Positions 48,996-60,809 of a DNA stretch of 64,000 nt are shown piece by piece; the first letter of the stretch is position 1, and each line of letters begins with the position of its first letter. Location of the stretch: the NCBI GenBank assembly GCA_013239625.1, contig MU055008.1, forward strand, positions 1,849,357-1,913,356, written 5' to 3'. A program made the position numbers and the translations under genes. This DNA comes from Lama guanicoe (taxonomy: Eukaryota). The notes under the pieces were generated by a model that was given only the letters and a program-made list of their open reading frames with translations, had not been told where the DNA came from and made no database searches.

Positions 48996-49268
48996 AGAAG
49001 CTGGCGTAATGGTAATAGGTATCCACCTGCGGCTCTTACCAGCCCAGCGGCCTGCAGGAGAGGCCAGAGCCTTGGGGAATGGTGACTATGCTTAGAGGTA
49101 TTAATGAATTGCTGTCTTTGCTAGGAAAAATCAAAGACAAAAAACCAAAATAACTGCTGATCTTACTTGTTCTCTAGGTAAGTTCATAAATGCCCATCTG
49201 AGATTTTGAGTAAATGTACCCTCTTAAGTGTTGAAAAATGCAAATAAATTATTTACCCCAAAGACCAG

Positions 49269-49570
49269 TGTAACAGTCAGAACAAGCTAGGCTTTTGCTG
49301 CTGTGACAAACAATCCCCAAATCTCATTGGCATTAGAGATTTTGTTTATTTCTTGCTCATTACATGCCCACCTGAGGTCAGCAGTGGTGGGGACTCTGCT
49401 ATCCTATCACTCAGGGTCCCAGGCTCCACTCTGAAATTTTGTTGTTGCCACGACAGGGGAAGGAAGAGAGTGGAGCATTGTACAGGGCTGGTCACCGCCT
49501 CAGCCTGGAAGTGACATGTATCACTTCTGTTCGTTTTTCATGGGCCAGAACGGGTCACATGGGGCTGGGA
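49269..49570 (-). mobile_element. old MLT1 (K/L-like) LTR
   Basis: 'gctaggcttttgctgctgtgacaaacaatccccaaatctc...ctggaagtgacatgtatcacttctg...ggccagaac'. Confidence 0.7.
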
Positions 49571-49695
49571 AGGGCGGGTGCCCTTCTCCCCAGCAAGGAG
49601 GGGGGTGGGATGCCGGTGTGCACAGCTGGCCTCCCCCAAGCCCACAGGCCACAGCGGGGCCAGAGGCCATTTGTCCAATGGGAGTTGTTGAGAAT

Positions 49696-49885
49696 AGGAG
49701 TCCACAAACATTTTCTAAAGGGCCAGACAGTACATATTTTAAGCATTGTGGTCATAGCATCTTTGACCCAACTGCTTACCTCTGGAAAACAGCCATAGAT
49801 GATGTGTCAGCAGATGGACTCAGTTGTGTTCCAATAAAACTTTACTTACAAAAACAGGTGGGCCCTAATGTGCGCACCCTGGCTC
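49696..49885. mobile_element. MER58A hAT MITE
   Basis: 'aaagggccagacagtacatattttaagc...cagccatagat...gtgttccaataaaactttacttacaaaaacagg'. Confidence 0.88.
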
Positions 49886-50122
49886 AGAGGGAACCTTAGC
49901 ATCACGTCAAAAGTCCCAATTGTGTTGTTAATAAAAATGTAATATTCCAGGTGAGGCTGCTCAGTTTGCCAGAGGGGCAGGGCTGCTGTGAGGGGGGAGA
50001 CAGAGCGAGGGGTGTGTGTGTGCTGGGAGTGACCCCAGTGGGGACTTCAGTACCCCACATGTCAAATTCCTACCCTTGAACCATTGATCCTTCAAGGGTC
50101 TCCTTTGTTCCTATGAATTTTT

Positions 50123-51066
50123 TTAACATTTTTTATTGATTTATAATCATTTTACAATGTTGTGTCATATTCCAGTGTAGAGCACAATTTTTCAGTTATA
50201 CATGAACATATATATATATATTCATTGTCACATTTTTTTCTCTGTGAACTACCATAAGATCTTGTGTACATTTCCCTGTGCTATACAGTGTAATCTTGTT
50301 TATCTATTCTACAATTTTGAAATCCTGTCTATCCCTTCCCACCCTCTGCCCCCTTGGCAACCACAAGTTTGTATTCTATGTCTATGATTCTGTTTCTGTT
50401 TCTGTTTTGTATTTATGATTTGTTTATTTGTTTGTTTTAGATTCCACATATGAGTGATCTCATATGGTATTTTTCTTTCTCTTTCTGGCTTACTTCACTT
50501 AGAATGACATTCTCCAGGAGCATCCATGTTGCTGCAAATGGCGTTATGTTGTCGGTTTTTATGGCTGAGTAGTATTCCATTATATAAATATACCACATCT
50601 TCTTTATCCAGTCATCTGTTGTTGGACATTTAGGCTGTTTCCATGTCCTGGCTATTGTAAATAGTGCTGCTATGAACATTGGGGTGCAGGTGTCATCCTG
50701 AAGTAGGATTCCTTCAGGATATATGCCCAGGAGCGGAATTCCTGGGTCATACGGTAAGTCTATTCCTAGTCTTTTGAGGAATCTCCATACTGTTTTCCAC
50801 AGTGGCTGCACCAAACTGCCAGACTTCAGATAATACTATAGAGCTACAGTCATCAAGACAGCATGGTATTGGTACAAAAAAAGACATATAGACAATGGAA
50901 CAGAACAGAGAGCCCAGAAATGAACCCACAAACTTTTGGTCAACTCATCTTCGACAAAGGAGGCAAGAACATACAATGGAATAAAGACAGTCTCTTCAGC
51001 AAATGGTGTTGGGAAAACTGGACAGCAGCATGTAAAACAGTGAAGCTAGAACACTCCCTTACACCC
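50123..51066 (-). mobile_element. young L1, 5'-truncated and 5'-inverted, with TSD
   Basis: 50123-50817 on minus: 3'UTR plus uninterrupted ORF2 C-terminus ([13 protein letters not shown]...SLICGI*); 50817-51066 on plus: upstream ORF2 (QWNRTESPE...KWCWENW...LEHSLTP); TSD atgaattttt at 50113-50122 and 51067-51076. Confidence 0.95.
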
Positions 51067-51319
51067 ATGAATTTTTAAAGAGAAGCAAACTTTCTTACTG
51101 TTCTGTTTCTTATTTGAAATGGCAAAACGTGACATTTAAAAGCAGAAGAGAAAAGATAGTGGCTACAGTCTTTTTAAGCATAGTTTATTTAACCTATAAC
51201 CTACAGGGCCCTATTTTCAACTATTTTAAGTGTTCTGAAAATGCATTTGGAAGTTTCTTAAAGGAGAAGCTGGACTTAGACATTCCTTCTTTCCCTCCTG
51301 TAATTTCCCCTCTACCCTC

Positions 51320-51820
51320 CAGAGGTCTTGCCTGAGACCCACTGTAATGAGAGATGAACAAGAGAAAAAGGAACAGGAGGGTTTTACCACACACCCCTCC
51401 TGGGCACATGGGAGATACCAGGGAAAGTGCGTAAGCCCCCCGAGATGGCCAAGCCACCACCTTCAGTACCATCTTCAGCCAAAGACGGAAGAAAGATGCT
51501 GCTGGGGAGAGAGGTCAGTTGTGGGAGGCGATGGGAAGAGCTCAGGGAAAGGGTGAGCTTGTTCTATAGATTCAAGTCAGGCTTTCTCCGTTGATAAAGT
51601 TTCTTGCAGTTTAGAGTCTTCCTTCTCTTCCCAATATAGAGAGAGATCCCCTTATAAATGGAGATTTTCTTTATAAATGGAAATTTTCCTTATAAAAGAA
51701 TAACTTCTGCTCTGTTTTCACAGCTGCTCCTCTATCTGTAGTTTCTCAACAATAAGCAGCTCAAAGCAATCCTTCTGCAGACAACGTGCCTCCTGAGGCG
51801 GCATCTTGTGCTACCTTCAC
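51320..51820 (-). mobile_element. ERV1 solo LTR (MER34/MER39-like)
   Basis: 'cagctcaaagcaatccttctg...ggcggcatcttgtgctaccttca' terminus; internal ~19-bp repeat of ttataaatgg at 51652-51694. Confidence 0.7.
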
Positions 51821-52494
51821 TTCTTTCTTCCATAAATGCCCAGCGAGGGCCCCTGCCGGCCCGGCCCCGGGGACGTAGGGCAGTGAGACTGACTGGTGGC
51901 TCTGCAGAGGCCCCCATTCCGACAGTAAACACTCCAGCATTTAGACGCCAGCGAGGGTGCAAAGGAGACTCAGCAGGAGCGGAGATGAGCGTGGACAGTG
52001 TCTCTGAGAAGAGCGATGTTTGCGTCGAAGTGGATGCTATAGGTTGGTGTTCTGTTCCAGAAAGGCAGCCGTCCTGACCATGGGAAGCAGAGCAGGATTG
52101 AGTGCAGGGAAGCAGGTGCTTTCAGAGCCCTTTGAAGGCCCAGGTAGCCCAGATGGCCTGCAGGCAGCTGTGCCCACGGCTGCTGTCAGGGGAGTGGGGA
52201 CCCGGCAGCTGGTGTTGGGAGCCTGGCTCAGGAAGGTGCTGGAGGCTGGATGCAGGCAGCCGGAGGCTCCCGGAAAGGCCCCTGGACCCCCACAAAGCTG
52301 AGCCCAGCCACTGCTCCCGCAGAGAAGCCGCGGAGGCTGGGCAGGACAGTCACCCCCAGCCGGTGCTGCTGCCACTGAGCTGCCGGCCCCCTCATCACCC
52401 TCCCCATCTCCTGCAAGTGCATGGGTCTGTGGGACCCACTCCTCCCAGAGTCCCAGCCACTGAGGGTAGGAAAGGCGGCTGTTGGCTTCCCCAG

Positions 52495-52894
52495 CGTATC
52501 AGTTCCTTGGGCTGCAAAGCACCACACACTGGGCGGCTCGGACAATAGAAATGTATTGTCTCACAACACCTGGGGCTGGACATCTGGCCCAGGGTCAGTG
52601 GGGCTGGTTCCTCCCGAGGGCTGGGAGGGAGGATCTGCTCCAGGTCTCCCCCAGCTTCCAATGGTTTGCTGACGTCACCCCAGTCTCTGCCTTCATTCTC
52701 AGGTGACGTTCTCCTGGGCTCTGGGTCCAAATTTGCCCTTTGTAAGGACACTTGTCATACTGGGTTAAGACCCACCCTAATGACCTCATCTTAACTGATG
52801 ACATTGGCAAAGACGGTCTTCCCAAACCAGGTCACATTTTGAGGGGTCAGGACTCCCACATATGACTTTGGGGGACATACTTTGGCCCCTAGCA
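52495..52894 (-). mobile_element. MLT1C-like MaLR solo LTR
   Basis: 'aatagaaatgtattgtctcaca...aaggacacttgtcatactgg...cccaccctaatgacctcatcttaact'. Confidence 0.88.
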
Positions 52895-53039
52895 CTCAGC
52901 CTCTGCAGGAAGGAGACCCCTGAAGGATGGTGGCTGGATGATGCAGAGGGTCTACACTTCACCACAGGCCGGGGACAGCTGCTGGGGACAGTTTCAGCTC
53001 AGAGGGAACAGATGGGGACAAAGGTCTAATGCAGGAATG

Positions 53040-53420
53040 AGTGTCATTTGAGGAACAGAAAACAAGTCTTGGGCCTGGAGAGGGCGAGTTAGGGGGCGGC
53101 ATGGGATGGGGTTGGCCATGTCACGGGGCGTTGAGGCCACTTGAACCCACTGACTTTCACTATGTGTGGTGAGAAGCCACTGGAAGTTTCTAAGCAAGGA
53201 ATGACACAGTGAATGTGACTTTTGGGGACACACTCTGGCTGCTGCATGGAGCAGGGGTGTAGGGGGCCACGTGGGGAACCAAGAGGCAGGTTTGAGGGGC
53301 TGCTACCATTGCCCTGGGGAGAGACTACAGCAGTTTGGATTAGGGGGACCAGTGGCTGGAGAGAAGGGATGGGTTTGGGATCAGTGTTGAAGAGAGCAGC
53401 CCCGATAGGCGGAGGGTTAG
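53040..53420 (-). mobile_element. L2 fragment
   Basis: 'gagaagccactggaagtttctaagcaaggaatgacacag...cactctggctgctgcatggag'. Confidence 0.75.
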
Positions 53421-53574
53421 CTCACAGCCCACGTGGAGGCAGGTTAGAGGATGCGCGTGTGGCGGGTGGCATCCACAGATGCCTTAGAGCTTTGTAGTGG
53501 GCATCTATCTCCTGGGATGACATCCATCCCACTTGGCTTCTAGGGGCCACATCTCAACAGCAGATCAGTACACT

Positions 53575-54047
53575 GAGCTGGCAGGACACCTGGACCCCCA
53601 GTCCCCAAGGGCTGTGACAGTGTTGCCTTTCATGGCAAGAGGGACCTTGCGGACGTGATTAAGTTAAGGATGTTGAGACGGGGACATGATCCTGGATTAT
53701 CTGTCTGGGCCCAATGTGATCACAAAGGTCCTTACAACAGGGAGGCAGCCAGGTAAGAAAGAGCAAAAGGTGACAGGATGATGGAAACAAAGAGACAGAG
53801 GCTGGAGGAACCGCCGGTCTTGCTGCTGGAGGAAGACACCACAGCGGGGAACGCAGTGGCCTCTAGAAGCTGAGAAAGGCCAAGAGAAGGATTCACCCCC
53901 AGAAACCTCGAGAAGGAATATCTTGATTTAGCCCAGTGAAACTAATTTTTGAGCTTCTGACTTTCAGAACTACAAGGTAATAAACTGGGGTTCCTTTCAG
54001 CCACTACGTTTGTAGTAACTCGTGACAGCCACATCAGGAAGCTAACA
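53575..54047 (+). mobile_element. MLT1D-like MaLR solo LTR
   Basis: 'catggcaagagggaccttgcggacgtgattaagttaaggat...gatcctggattatc...ggcctctagaagctg'. Confidence 0.9.
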
Positions 54048-55603
54048 AAGCTGGGGAGAAGGGAGATCGCGTAGCTAAATCCCACCCAGAGAGGCTGCAG
54101 CGGGTCCAAGGGGGTTTCAGGGGCCGCTGGCTCTGACGAGCAGAGTTACGCTGACCAACAGCAGGCGGGGGAGGAGAGGCGGGCTGAGGCTCCAGCCCGC
54201 TGCGGGAGAGGGGTCGGGGCTGCGCACACAGTGGCTGTGTTTGTCGTGATACTTGTTTCTAGATGAACAGAGTGCAGCTACAGAAGTAGCAGCAGGTGTT
54301 GGACTAGCCGCTGCCTACCACACACCCAAGCGAAGTTTTCTTTGGCTTGCAACCTCGCTTTCTGCTCCTTTTGAAAGAGCTCACTTTAGCTGGACTCAGC
54401 ATACAAATACCGGCGAGGCCCTCAGGTCTCAGGGGCTGTGATTTCGGTCCAAACCCTGCCCCACCCCCAACCGAGCATTCTCCGTTCTCCGCAGGGATGG
54501 AGGCCTAGAATGGGAGGGGGAGCAGGGGGAGGTCACAGGCGAAGGAGAAAGCTCTTATGTCACAGCCAGAGAAAACCTCAGCTTGGACCTGACCTCTCTC
54601 TTGGCCCTGTTTCTCGGGACAGAATATCCCTGCTAATATTTGAGTTTAAACTTCACCGAGAACGCCTCGCTGCGTGTGGCTAGAATGCTGTAACAGACAG
54701 CGTTCTGATCTGTGTCATTGTAGAAAAAGATGTTACTCAACCACATTAAAAAAAAAACCCAACATGCTAAGAAGGCCGATAAGACCTCACTGCCGATGGA
54801 AGACGCGGTCCCCTCGGTGGTCCGTGGACCCAGCTCCAGGCAAAGCCTCCCAGAGCCGGTTGAGGCCCTGTGCAAATGCTGTGGGTTAGCGTGGTGACGG
54901 CCCATAAAACACACAGCTCTGGCCAGCTACCGGAGTATTTTGAGAGCTGCCAGTTCGCTTGGTGCCACTGGAATCAGAGTAACATGTCTTGGAACAGGCG
55001 CTTTGGCAGACTTGAATTTCATTTGGAAAGAAACCGGAGTGATACAGTTTTCTAGGGGGATTAGCTGCTACTGAGAAACTTAAAAGCCAGCATCCCGCCT
55101 CCAACTCAACCGGAAAGTTCTCCAGGGAGGCGGGATCCCACAGGACTGCATTGTTGCCCCCGGCTGACTTCTTCATCCCGTAACTGCGGGGGTGACGGTG
55201 ACAGGAGGAGCTGTCAGTCACGAGCCTCCGGGGCTGTCAGCATAAGCGCCCAGTGAGAGCGGGACCCAGGTGACTTTGACCTCTGGGCAGGTGAGAGCGT
55301 TTGCAGAGCCGCTGGGGACAAGGCTGCCTTCAGCACCTGTCAAGGACACCATCGCATCCCAGACCTTGGAGGTCTCTGTTTTCTGCTCCTAAGGACCCTC
55401 GGCAGCTTCTCCTGCCCTGGGATTGTGACTCTAAATGGAAACAGAAGCCATCAGTTCTGTGTTCAGTGCCTGTGGGTCCCTGAGACCCCCACGTGTGACT
55501 TTCTCTACGACTTTGCTCTCAGCCTAAAGCTGCTCCCACTGGAGGAGGAGGAGGAAGCCTCCCTGAGCCTCCCTGCCCCCGGTCACTCATGCGACATCCC
55601 GTG

Positions 55604-55781
55604 GCACTAGCGTCTTGTTGCCGCCGTAACACATTACCACAAAGTTAGTGGCTTAACGCCCACGTCTCGTCTCCCTGTTCTGCAGGTGGAAGCCAAGGCG
55701 TAGCCTGGCTCAGCTGGCTCTCTGCCGGGGACTCACAACTCCGAAATCAAGGGACCGAAGGGCTGGGTCCCTTTTGGAAAC
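55604..55781 (-). mobile_element. MLT1 (E/F-like) LTR fragment
   Basis: 'gtaacacattaccacaaagttagtggctta...gctcagctggctctctgc...ctcacaa...gaaatcaagg'. Confidence 0.65.
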
Positions 55782-56180
55782 TGCATCTGTTCCCTGTGGC
55801 CGCTGCGACACAGCATTGCCAACCAGGCGGCTTAAAACAACAGCAGTTTGCGGTCTCCCGGCCCCGGAGGCCAGTCTGAGGTCCAGGCGTGAGCAGAGGG
55901 GTGCCGTCTCCGAAGGGTCTCGGGGAGAATCCTTCCTGCCTCTTTTGGTTCCTGGTGGCTCCAGGTTGCACCCCCAGTCTCCGCCTCCCTCTGGGTCTTC
56001 TCTTCTGTCTCTTGTGAGGACACTTGTCGGCTTTAGGGCCCACCCTCAATCCAAGATGATCTCACTTTAATATCCTGAACTTAATCCCAGCCGCAAAGCT
56101 CCCTTTTCCAAATAAGGTCACGCTCGCAGGGTCTGAGGGTTGGGATGTAGACATAGATTTGGGGGGGGGCACCACTCCCT
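55782..56180 (-). mobile_element. MLT1C-like LTR abutting or nested in the previous MLT1
   Basis: 'ggcttaaaacaacag...ggagaatccttcctgcctct...gaggacacttgtc...agggcccaccct...ttccaaataaggtcac'. Confidence 0.85.
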
Positions 56181-57211
56181 GCGGCCGCTCCCGCTGCCTT
56201 GCTTGCGGAGGCTACGGCTAACAGCCCCCCGCACCCCCACCGACTCAGAGCGCCCAGATGTGTCACCAGGCAGACTTCTCACACTCCCTTCAATGTGAGA
56301 CAAGACCTTCAGTGCAGAAGCGCAGCATCTTCAGAAATATGACACAGAACTGGGTTCTGTTCATTGGAAAAGAGTTCAAGGAACAGGTGCAAAACCCAGG
56401 TTAATCATCTCCTGGGCTAACTCAGCACCTGCTAGGCTGTTAGCTTCGGACTGGTTTGCATTGGAGGTTTGAGCTTAATTGCTCCTTCATCTCAGATGAT
56501 CAATGCATTGCTTGTTTAAAACAAATGCTTGCAAGCCTTGAAGTTAGAGATGAGGAGGGAAGGCTTTTCTCCACATCGAACTGTTCTAGTTTCTATTTTA
56601 TTTTGATAAGCCCTGCACATACATCCCCGAAGACCTTGAAACCTATCATTTACTCATTTCTAATCTTGATCTAAGAAACAGCCTGTCTTTACAGCAAACA
56701 CACATCGGGTTATAAGTTGCGATCTGTCCCCGGCTCTTCTCCCGGGTTAGCAGGCTCAGGGTGGCCTCACGGGGAGAGGCAACCGTGCGACCGATGGCTC
56801 CCATTTCCAGCTATTTGTATCTTCCATCCGAGTGTTTTTTCCTGTTAGTAAACAGAGATCGTGATCTAATTCTGTTGCTGCCGGGAATGACATTGCCACA
56901 GCCCTGGGCGCCTGTCAGTGCTGGCCACAGCCACAGATGGGGACTCTGCCACCCCCAGGCTGTCCCAGGGAGACTTCCTGCTGAGACTCCCAGGTCAGGA
57001 CGTCGTGCAGGTGGTGACAGAGAGGGACGCACAGTCTGGAGGAGCCGCTATACTTTCTCTCTCCATCCCATCCACACCCCGCTACACCCTGCTCCTCTCT
57101 CCACCACCCTGCTCCCCATCATCTCCTCCCTGGTCTCCCAGCTGCCGGCTGCCCCTCAGCCAGCTCCACGCAGCCACCTGAGTGAGCCCAGCAGAAAGCA
57201 AGCCCAGAGTT

Positions 57212-57326
57212 GGGGAGGGTCTAGCTCAGTGGTAGAGCATGAACTTGGCATGCACGAGGTCCTGGGTGCAATCCCCAGTACCTCCATTAAGATAAATAAA
57301 CCTAATTCCCCCCCAAATAAATAAAG
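57212..57326 (+). mobile_element. vic-1-type tRNA-Ala SINE
   Basis: ggggagggtctagctcagtggtagagc...gaggtcctgggtgcaatccccagtacctcca...aaataaacctaattccccc; A and B boxes recognisable. Confidence 0.92.
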
Positions 57327-57331
57327 ACAAT

Positions 57332-57526
57332 TTATAAACAACAGTTTTCTAATGTAGCACAGGCACTATGTTCAGTGTCTTGCAGGAACCTATAATGAAA
57401 AAGAACATGAAAAGGAACAGAAATTGATGCAACATTGTAAACTGACTATACGTCCATTAAAAATTGTATGTGTATGACTGAAACATTATGTGCTATACCA
57501 GAAATTGACACACCATTGTAAACCGA
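57332..57526 (+). mobile_element. L1 3'UTR fragment with internally duplicated terminus
   Basis: 'gtagcacaggcactatgttcagtgtcttg...'; 'cagaaattga..acattgtaaac' occurs twice (57418 and 57499). Confidence 0.85.
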
Positions 57527-58889
57527 AAGTCCCTCTTTGTTTTGCACAAAGCGGTGGCTCCCACATCACTCGAGGAGGCCACCAGGTCCTCCGTGGACCA
57601 GCCTCAGCTCCGGCTACGCTGCTCCCTCTGCCTGGAGGGACCGATCTCCCCACACAACCCCTGCACAACCTCGTGGCTCCGTCTGCACCTCCTTTACCTC
57701 TTCGTTCTAATGCCAGCTTTCCCCCCCCCCGAGGCTTCCCCGAATTGCAGTTGTAGGCCCCATCCCAGCCCCCTCCCTGCTGCTTTCTTTATCTTGTAAC
57801 AGCTGCCTCTCTGACCCCTATTGTGTGGAGGTCCTAAGAAAGGAGCAAGTTCAGGCTTTGCTCCTTGGGCGGCTGACACTTCCCCATCTCCCACGGCCGA
57901 TCCAGTGTTCGGGGAGCGCTCAGCAATACTGGCTGAATGAATGAAATCATGCCCGCATGAATGAATAAAGAGCAGCGTTTGCCAGTGTCCTGTCAGCCCA
58001 TCTGTTTGGAAACGGCCTTGTCATTTCTCTCTGAAATGAGTCATCTGCTCGGGGCCTCGCGATTCTTTCTCCCTCCTCGCCCACAGACTATTTTTTTTCT
58101 TTAATTTAATGATGAAAGCTTGGATCATGTGAAATCACCGTGGGATGTGTGCTTTTCTAGCCCTGCCTGTGGCACCAAGCATGTAATTTTCCATGCATTC
58201 ATTGAAGGAGGCAGTAGATTTCCACCAAGAAAGAGGAAGAAGTGGACGGCAAAGTCGAGAGTGGGATTTTATTGGGGAAATCCAGGGATGGCCGGCATAC
58301 AAAGCTGTCTACCAGCCTGGTGCTCACCCTGGAGCTATCCAGCAGGTGCAGAGCCTTCGCAGAGAAGCTCCAAAAGGGAATATTTATGACCTATCACCTA
58401 AGATTACACATTTTCAGTTGACCCTGCCCCACAATGTGTTCCTGGGAAAAGTGGCATTATCTTCGGTGTGGCTTTAATAGCAACAGCACTGCTCAGTTTC
58501 ATTATCTGGAAAGCAGCTGTCCACACTCACCTCTCCAAAGAGGTGCTTCTAACAAAGCAGCTGCTTGACTTGTTAAGCAAGCCGGCTGAACTGAGTGAAA
58601 AAGACAGGTTTTATTCAACACGGCCCCACACCCTGTTCTTCCAGAATTTCTATTCTTTTGTTCTTTCTTCTCCTCGTTTCTCTTTTTAGGAGAGCTGTTC
58701 GCCCAGCACAAGGATTTGCAGGAAGGGGAACATCTAGATTGATCTGTGGGTTCACTGACATCCTGCAGCATCTGTGGAGCGGCTCAGTTTGCACTGGGTC
58801 ACACACAATTGTCATTGACAGATGTGACACTGACAACATTTGGCCGCAAGCCAACTGTTTATGGTTCATCCAAAGAGTTTATGATAGCA

Positions 58890-59130
58890 AATGACAAACT
58901 CGCCGACTTCAAAGCCCAAGACCCAAGTTCACTTTCGATCACCTGCTGTCTGGCCACGTAATCTTGAGGAAGTTCCTTGGCTTCTTTGATCCTCCGTTTC
59001 CTCCTCTGTAAAATGGATCAGTTAATAGTCAACCTACGGAGCCGAGATGGGAGATAACGGCAATAATTAACGCAAAGCACTCCGCCCAGTGCCTGGCGTG
59101 AAGGATGCCTTCAAGAAACGGTGCCTATTG
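58890..59130 (+). mobile_element. MIR
   Basis: 'cctccgtttcctcctctgtaaaatgg...aaagcactccgcccagtgcctggc'. Confidence 0.75.
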
Positions 59131-59574
59131 CTGGTTGCCGTTTCTGACCGCGTCTTAGCCTGGAAGCTGCGGGACCTGGGGGCTCGGTGCTCCGGCTGCT
59201 AGGTGCCCAGTGAACGCCGGGGACAGAGCTAGCACAGGGCCGAGGCTGGAGCTCAGGTCTCTGGGGAGCTGCTTAGACGCTTGCTCTGTGCACAGCTTGC
59301 CTTGTTCTACAGCCCAATGTAACCTACGTCTTGAGTCACTCTTCCCTGTATTTGTTACTGATTATCCGTCACGAGCTTGTGCAGCATGACTCCACGGCCA
59401 GGGCTCCTCCTCCCCCTCCTCCGCAGGCAGCGCCGTGCCTGGCTCCCTGGCTCACACGGTCGGGCGGTGTGGGCAGGTGGTCCCAGCAGGGCCGGCCTTG
59501 CCTCCTGCAGCCCGTGGCCTCCCTGAGCATGGGCCTCCCCACCTTTCAGCTCTAGACTCTCTGGGCATAGAATA

Positions 59575-59747
59575 GGACCTGGCCTTGCAGGCGGAGCTGG
59601 ACACACAATTAGCAGAGCCTAGAGCTACAAAAAAATGGGGGCTCCATGTTCAAAAATGATTAAGCCTTTCAAGATGGCAACGGCAGAGCATTAAAGTGAC
59701 ACTCGGTCCTTCTGGGGGCAGGGCCCGCACCCATGCTGCCAGCCCTG
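59575..59747. mobile_element. MER45A-like hAT MITE
   Basis: 'gttcaaaaatgattaag...tttcaagatggcaacggcagagcattaaa...gccagccctg'. Confidence 0.75.
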
Positions 59748-59914
59748 CTGGGAGGCAAGAAATGTGTCTTGAGTTGAATTAAATAAAACCCATAATTTGA
59801 TGCACACAGACGCCCATGTGCCCCCAGGGAGCCCTGCCGTCTCACAGCCGGCGGGCAGGCGCACGAGGCCTGCAGGTTTGGGCTGAGCTCCCGTCTAGTT
59901 TGGTGCTGCTCGGT

Positions 59915-60075
59915 CCCAGCACCCACTACAAGTTCTAGAAAAGTCTGCCACTCCGGACCGCCCCAAGGGATTCTGATTTGATCTGTCGGGTGGGAGCTGG
60001 GCATTCATAGCTCTAATCCCGCCTCCTCCTACCCACCCAGTGGATTCCACGTGCAGCCAAGATCAAGAACAACAG
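59915..60075. mobile_element. MER5-type hAT MITE
   Basis: 'ggattctgatttgatctg...ctgggcatt...gtgcagccaagatcaagaac'. Confidence 0.6.
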
Positions 60076-60174
60076 ACTCCGTGAATTTGAGTCCAAGATG
60101 CAGGTGGCTTTCCTCGCTCCTCAGCAGCAAAGGGAAAATTAAGGCAGGCACCTTACTACCAGCTACTGCTATTA

Positions 60175-60790
60175 GTTTTACGTTGTGGCAAAATGAATCT
60201 AAAGTAAACCTTACCACGTCAACCTTCAATTAAAAAAATTTTTTTTGTTTTGTTTTTTAAGGGGTAATTAGCTTTATTTATTTATTATGTTTTCATTTAA
60301 CTGGAGGTACTGGGGATCGAACCCATGACCTCCTGCATGCTAAGCATGCGCTCGACCACTGAGTATATCCCCCGCATCTCAACCACTTTTAAGTGTACGA
60401 TTCAGTGACATTAAGTGCATTCACATTGTTGTGCAACCACCACCCCCATCCATCTCGAGAACTTTCTCATCTTGCAAAAATGAAAATCCAGACCAATTAA
60501 ACATGAATACCGCCTTCCCTTCCCCCCCAGCCCCTGGCGCCCACCATCTACTTTCCGTGTCTATGAACTTGATACTCTAGTATCAAATTTAAGTGGAATC
60601 ATGGGATATTCGTCTTTTTGCGACGGGCTTATTTCGCAGAGCATAACATCCCCAAGGCTACAGCGTTGTAACGTGTGCGAGAATGTCCTTCTTTTTTAAG
60701 GTTGAATTCTACATATCCCACGCTTTGCTTGTCCACTCATCTGTCAGTGGACACTTGGGTGGCTTCACCATTGGGCTACTGGGGACAAAC
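60175..60790 (-). mobile_element. L1MB-like 3' end interrupted by a SINE
   Basis: 'ttttaagtgtacgattcagtgacattaagtgcattcacattgttgtgcaaccacc...ccactcatctgtcagtggacacttggg'. Confidence 0.88.
60239..60373 (-). mobile_element. vic-1-type tRNA-Ala SINE nested in the L1MB
   Basis: tRNA-Ala-like head on minus; diverged TSD cacgtcaacc (60215-60224) and catctcaacc (60375-60384). Confidence 0.9.
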
Positions 60791-60809
60791 ATCATTTGTA
60801 GCATTATGC

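Noticed and set aside
50437-51078. ORFs with genuine protein homology
   Set aside because: L1 ORF2 fragments of a truncated insertion, not host genes
52670-52677. Perfect CRE TGACGTCA (also 62405-62412)
   Set aside because: Isolated 8-mers at about chance frequency; one lies inside an MLT1 LTR
55329-55350. REST/RE1-like TTCAGCACC...GGACA
   Set aside because: Spacer is 6 bp rather than the canonical 2, and the right half-site is mismatched
57212-57286. tRNA-Ala-like genes (also near 65-140, 36762-36840 and 60301-60373)
   Set aside because: Each carries the SINE tail and substitutions in the boxes or anticodon arm; these are SINE heads, not tRNA genes
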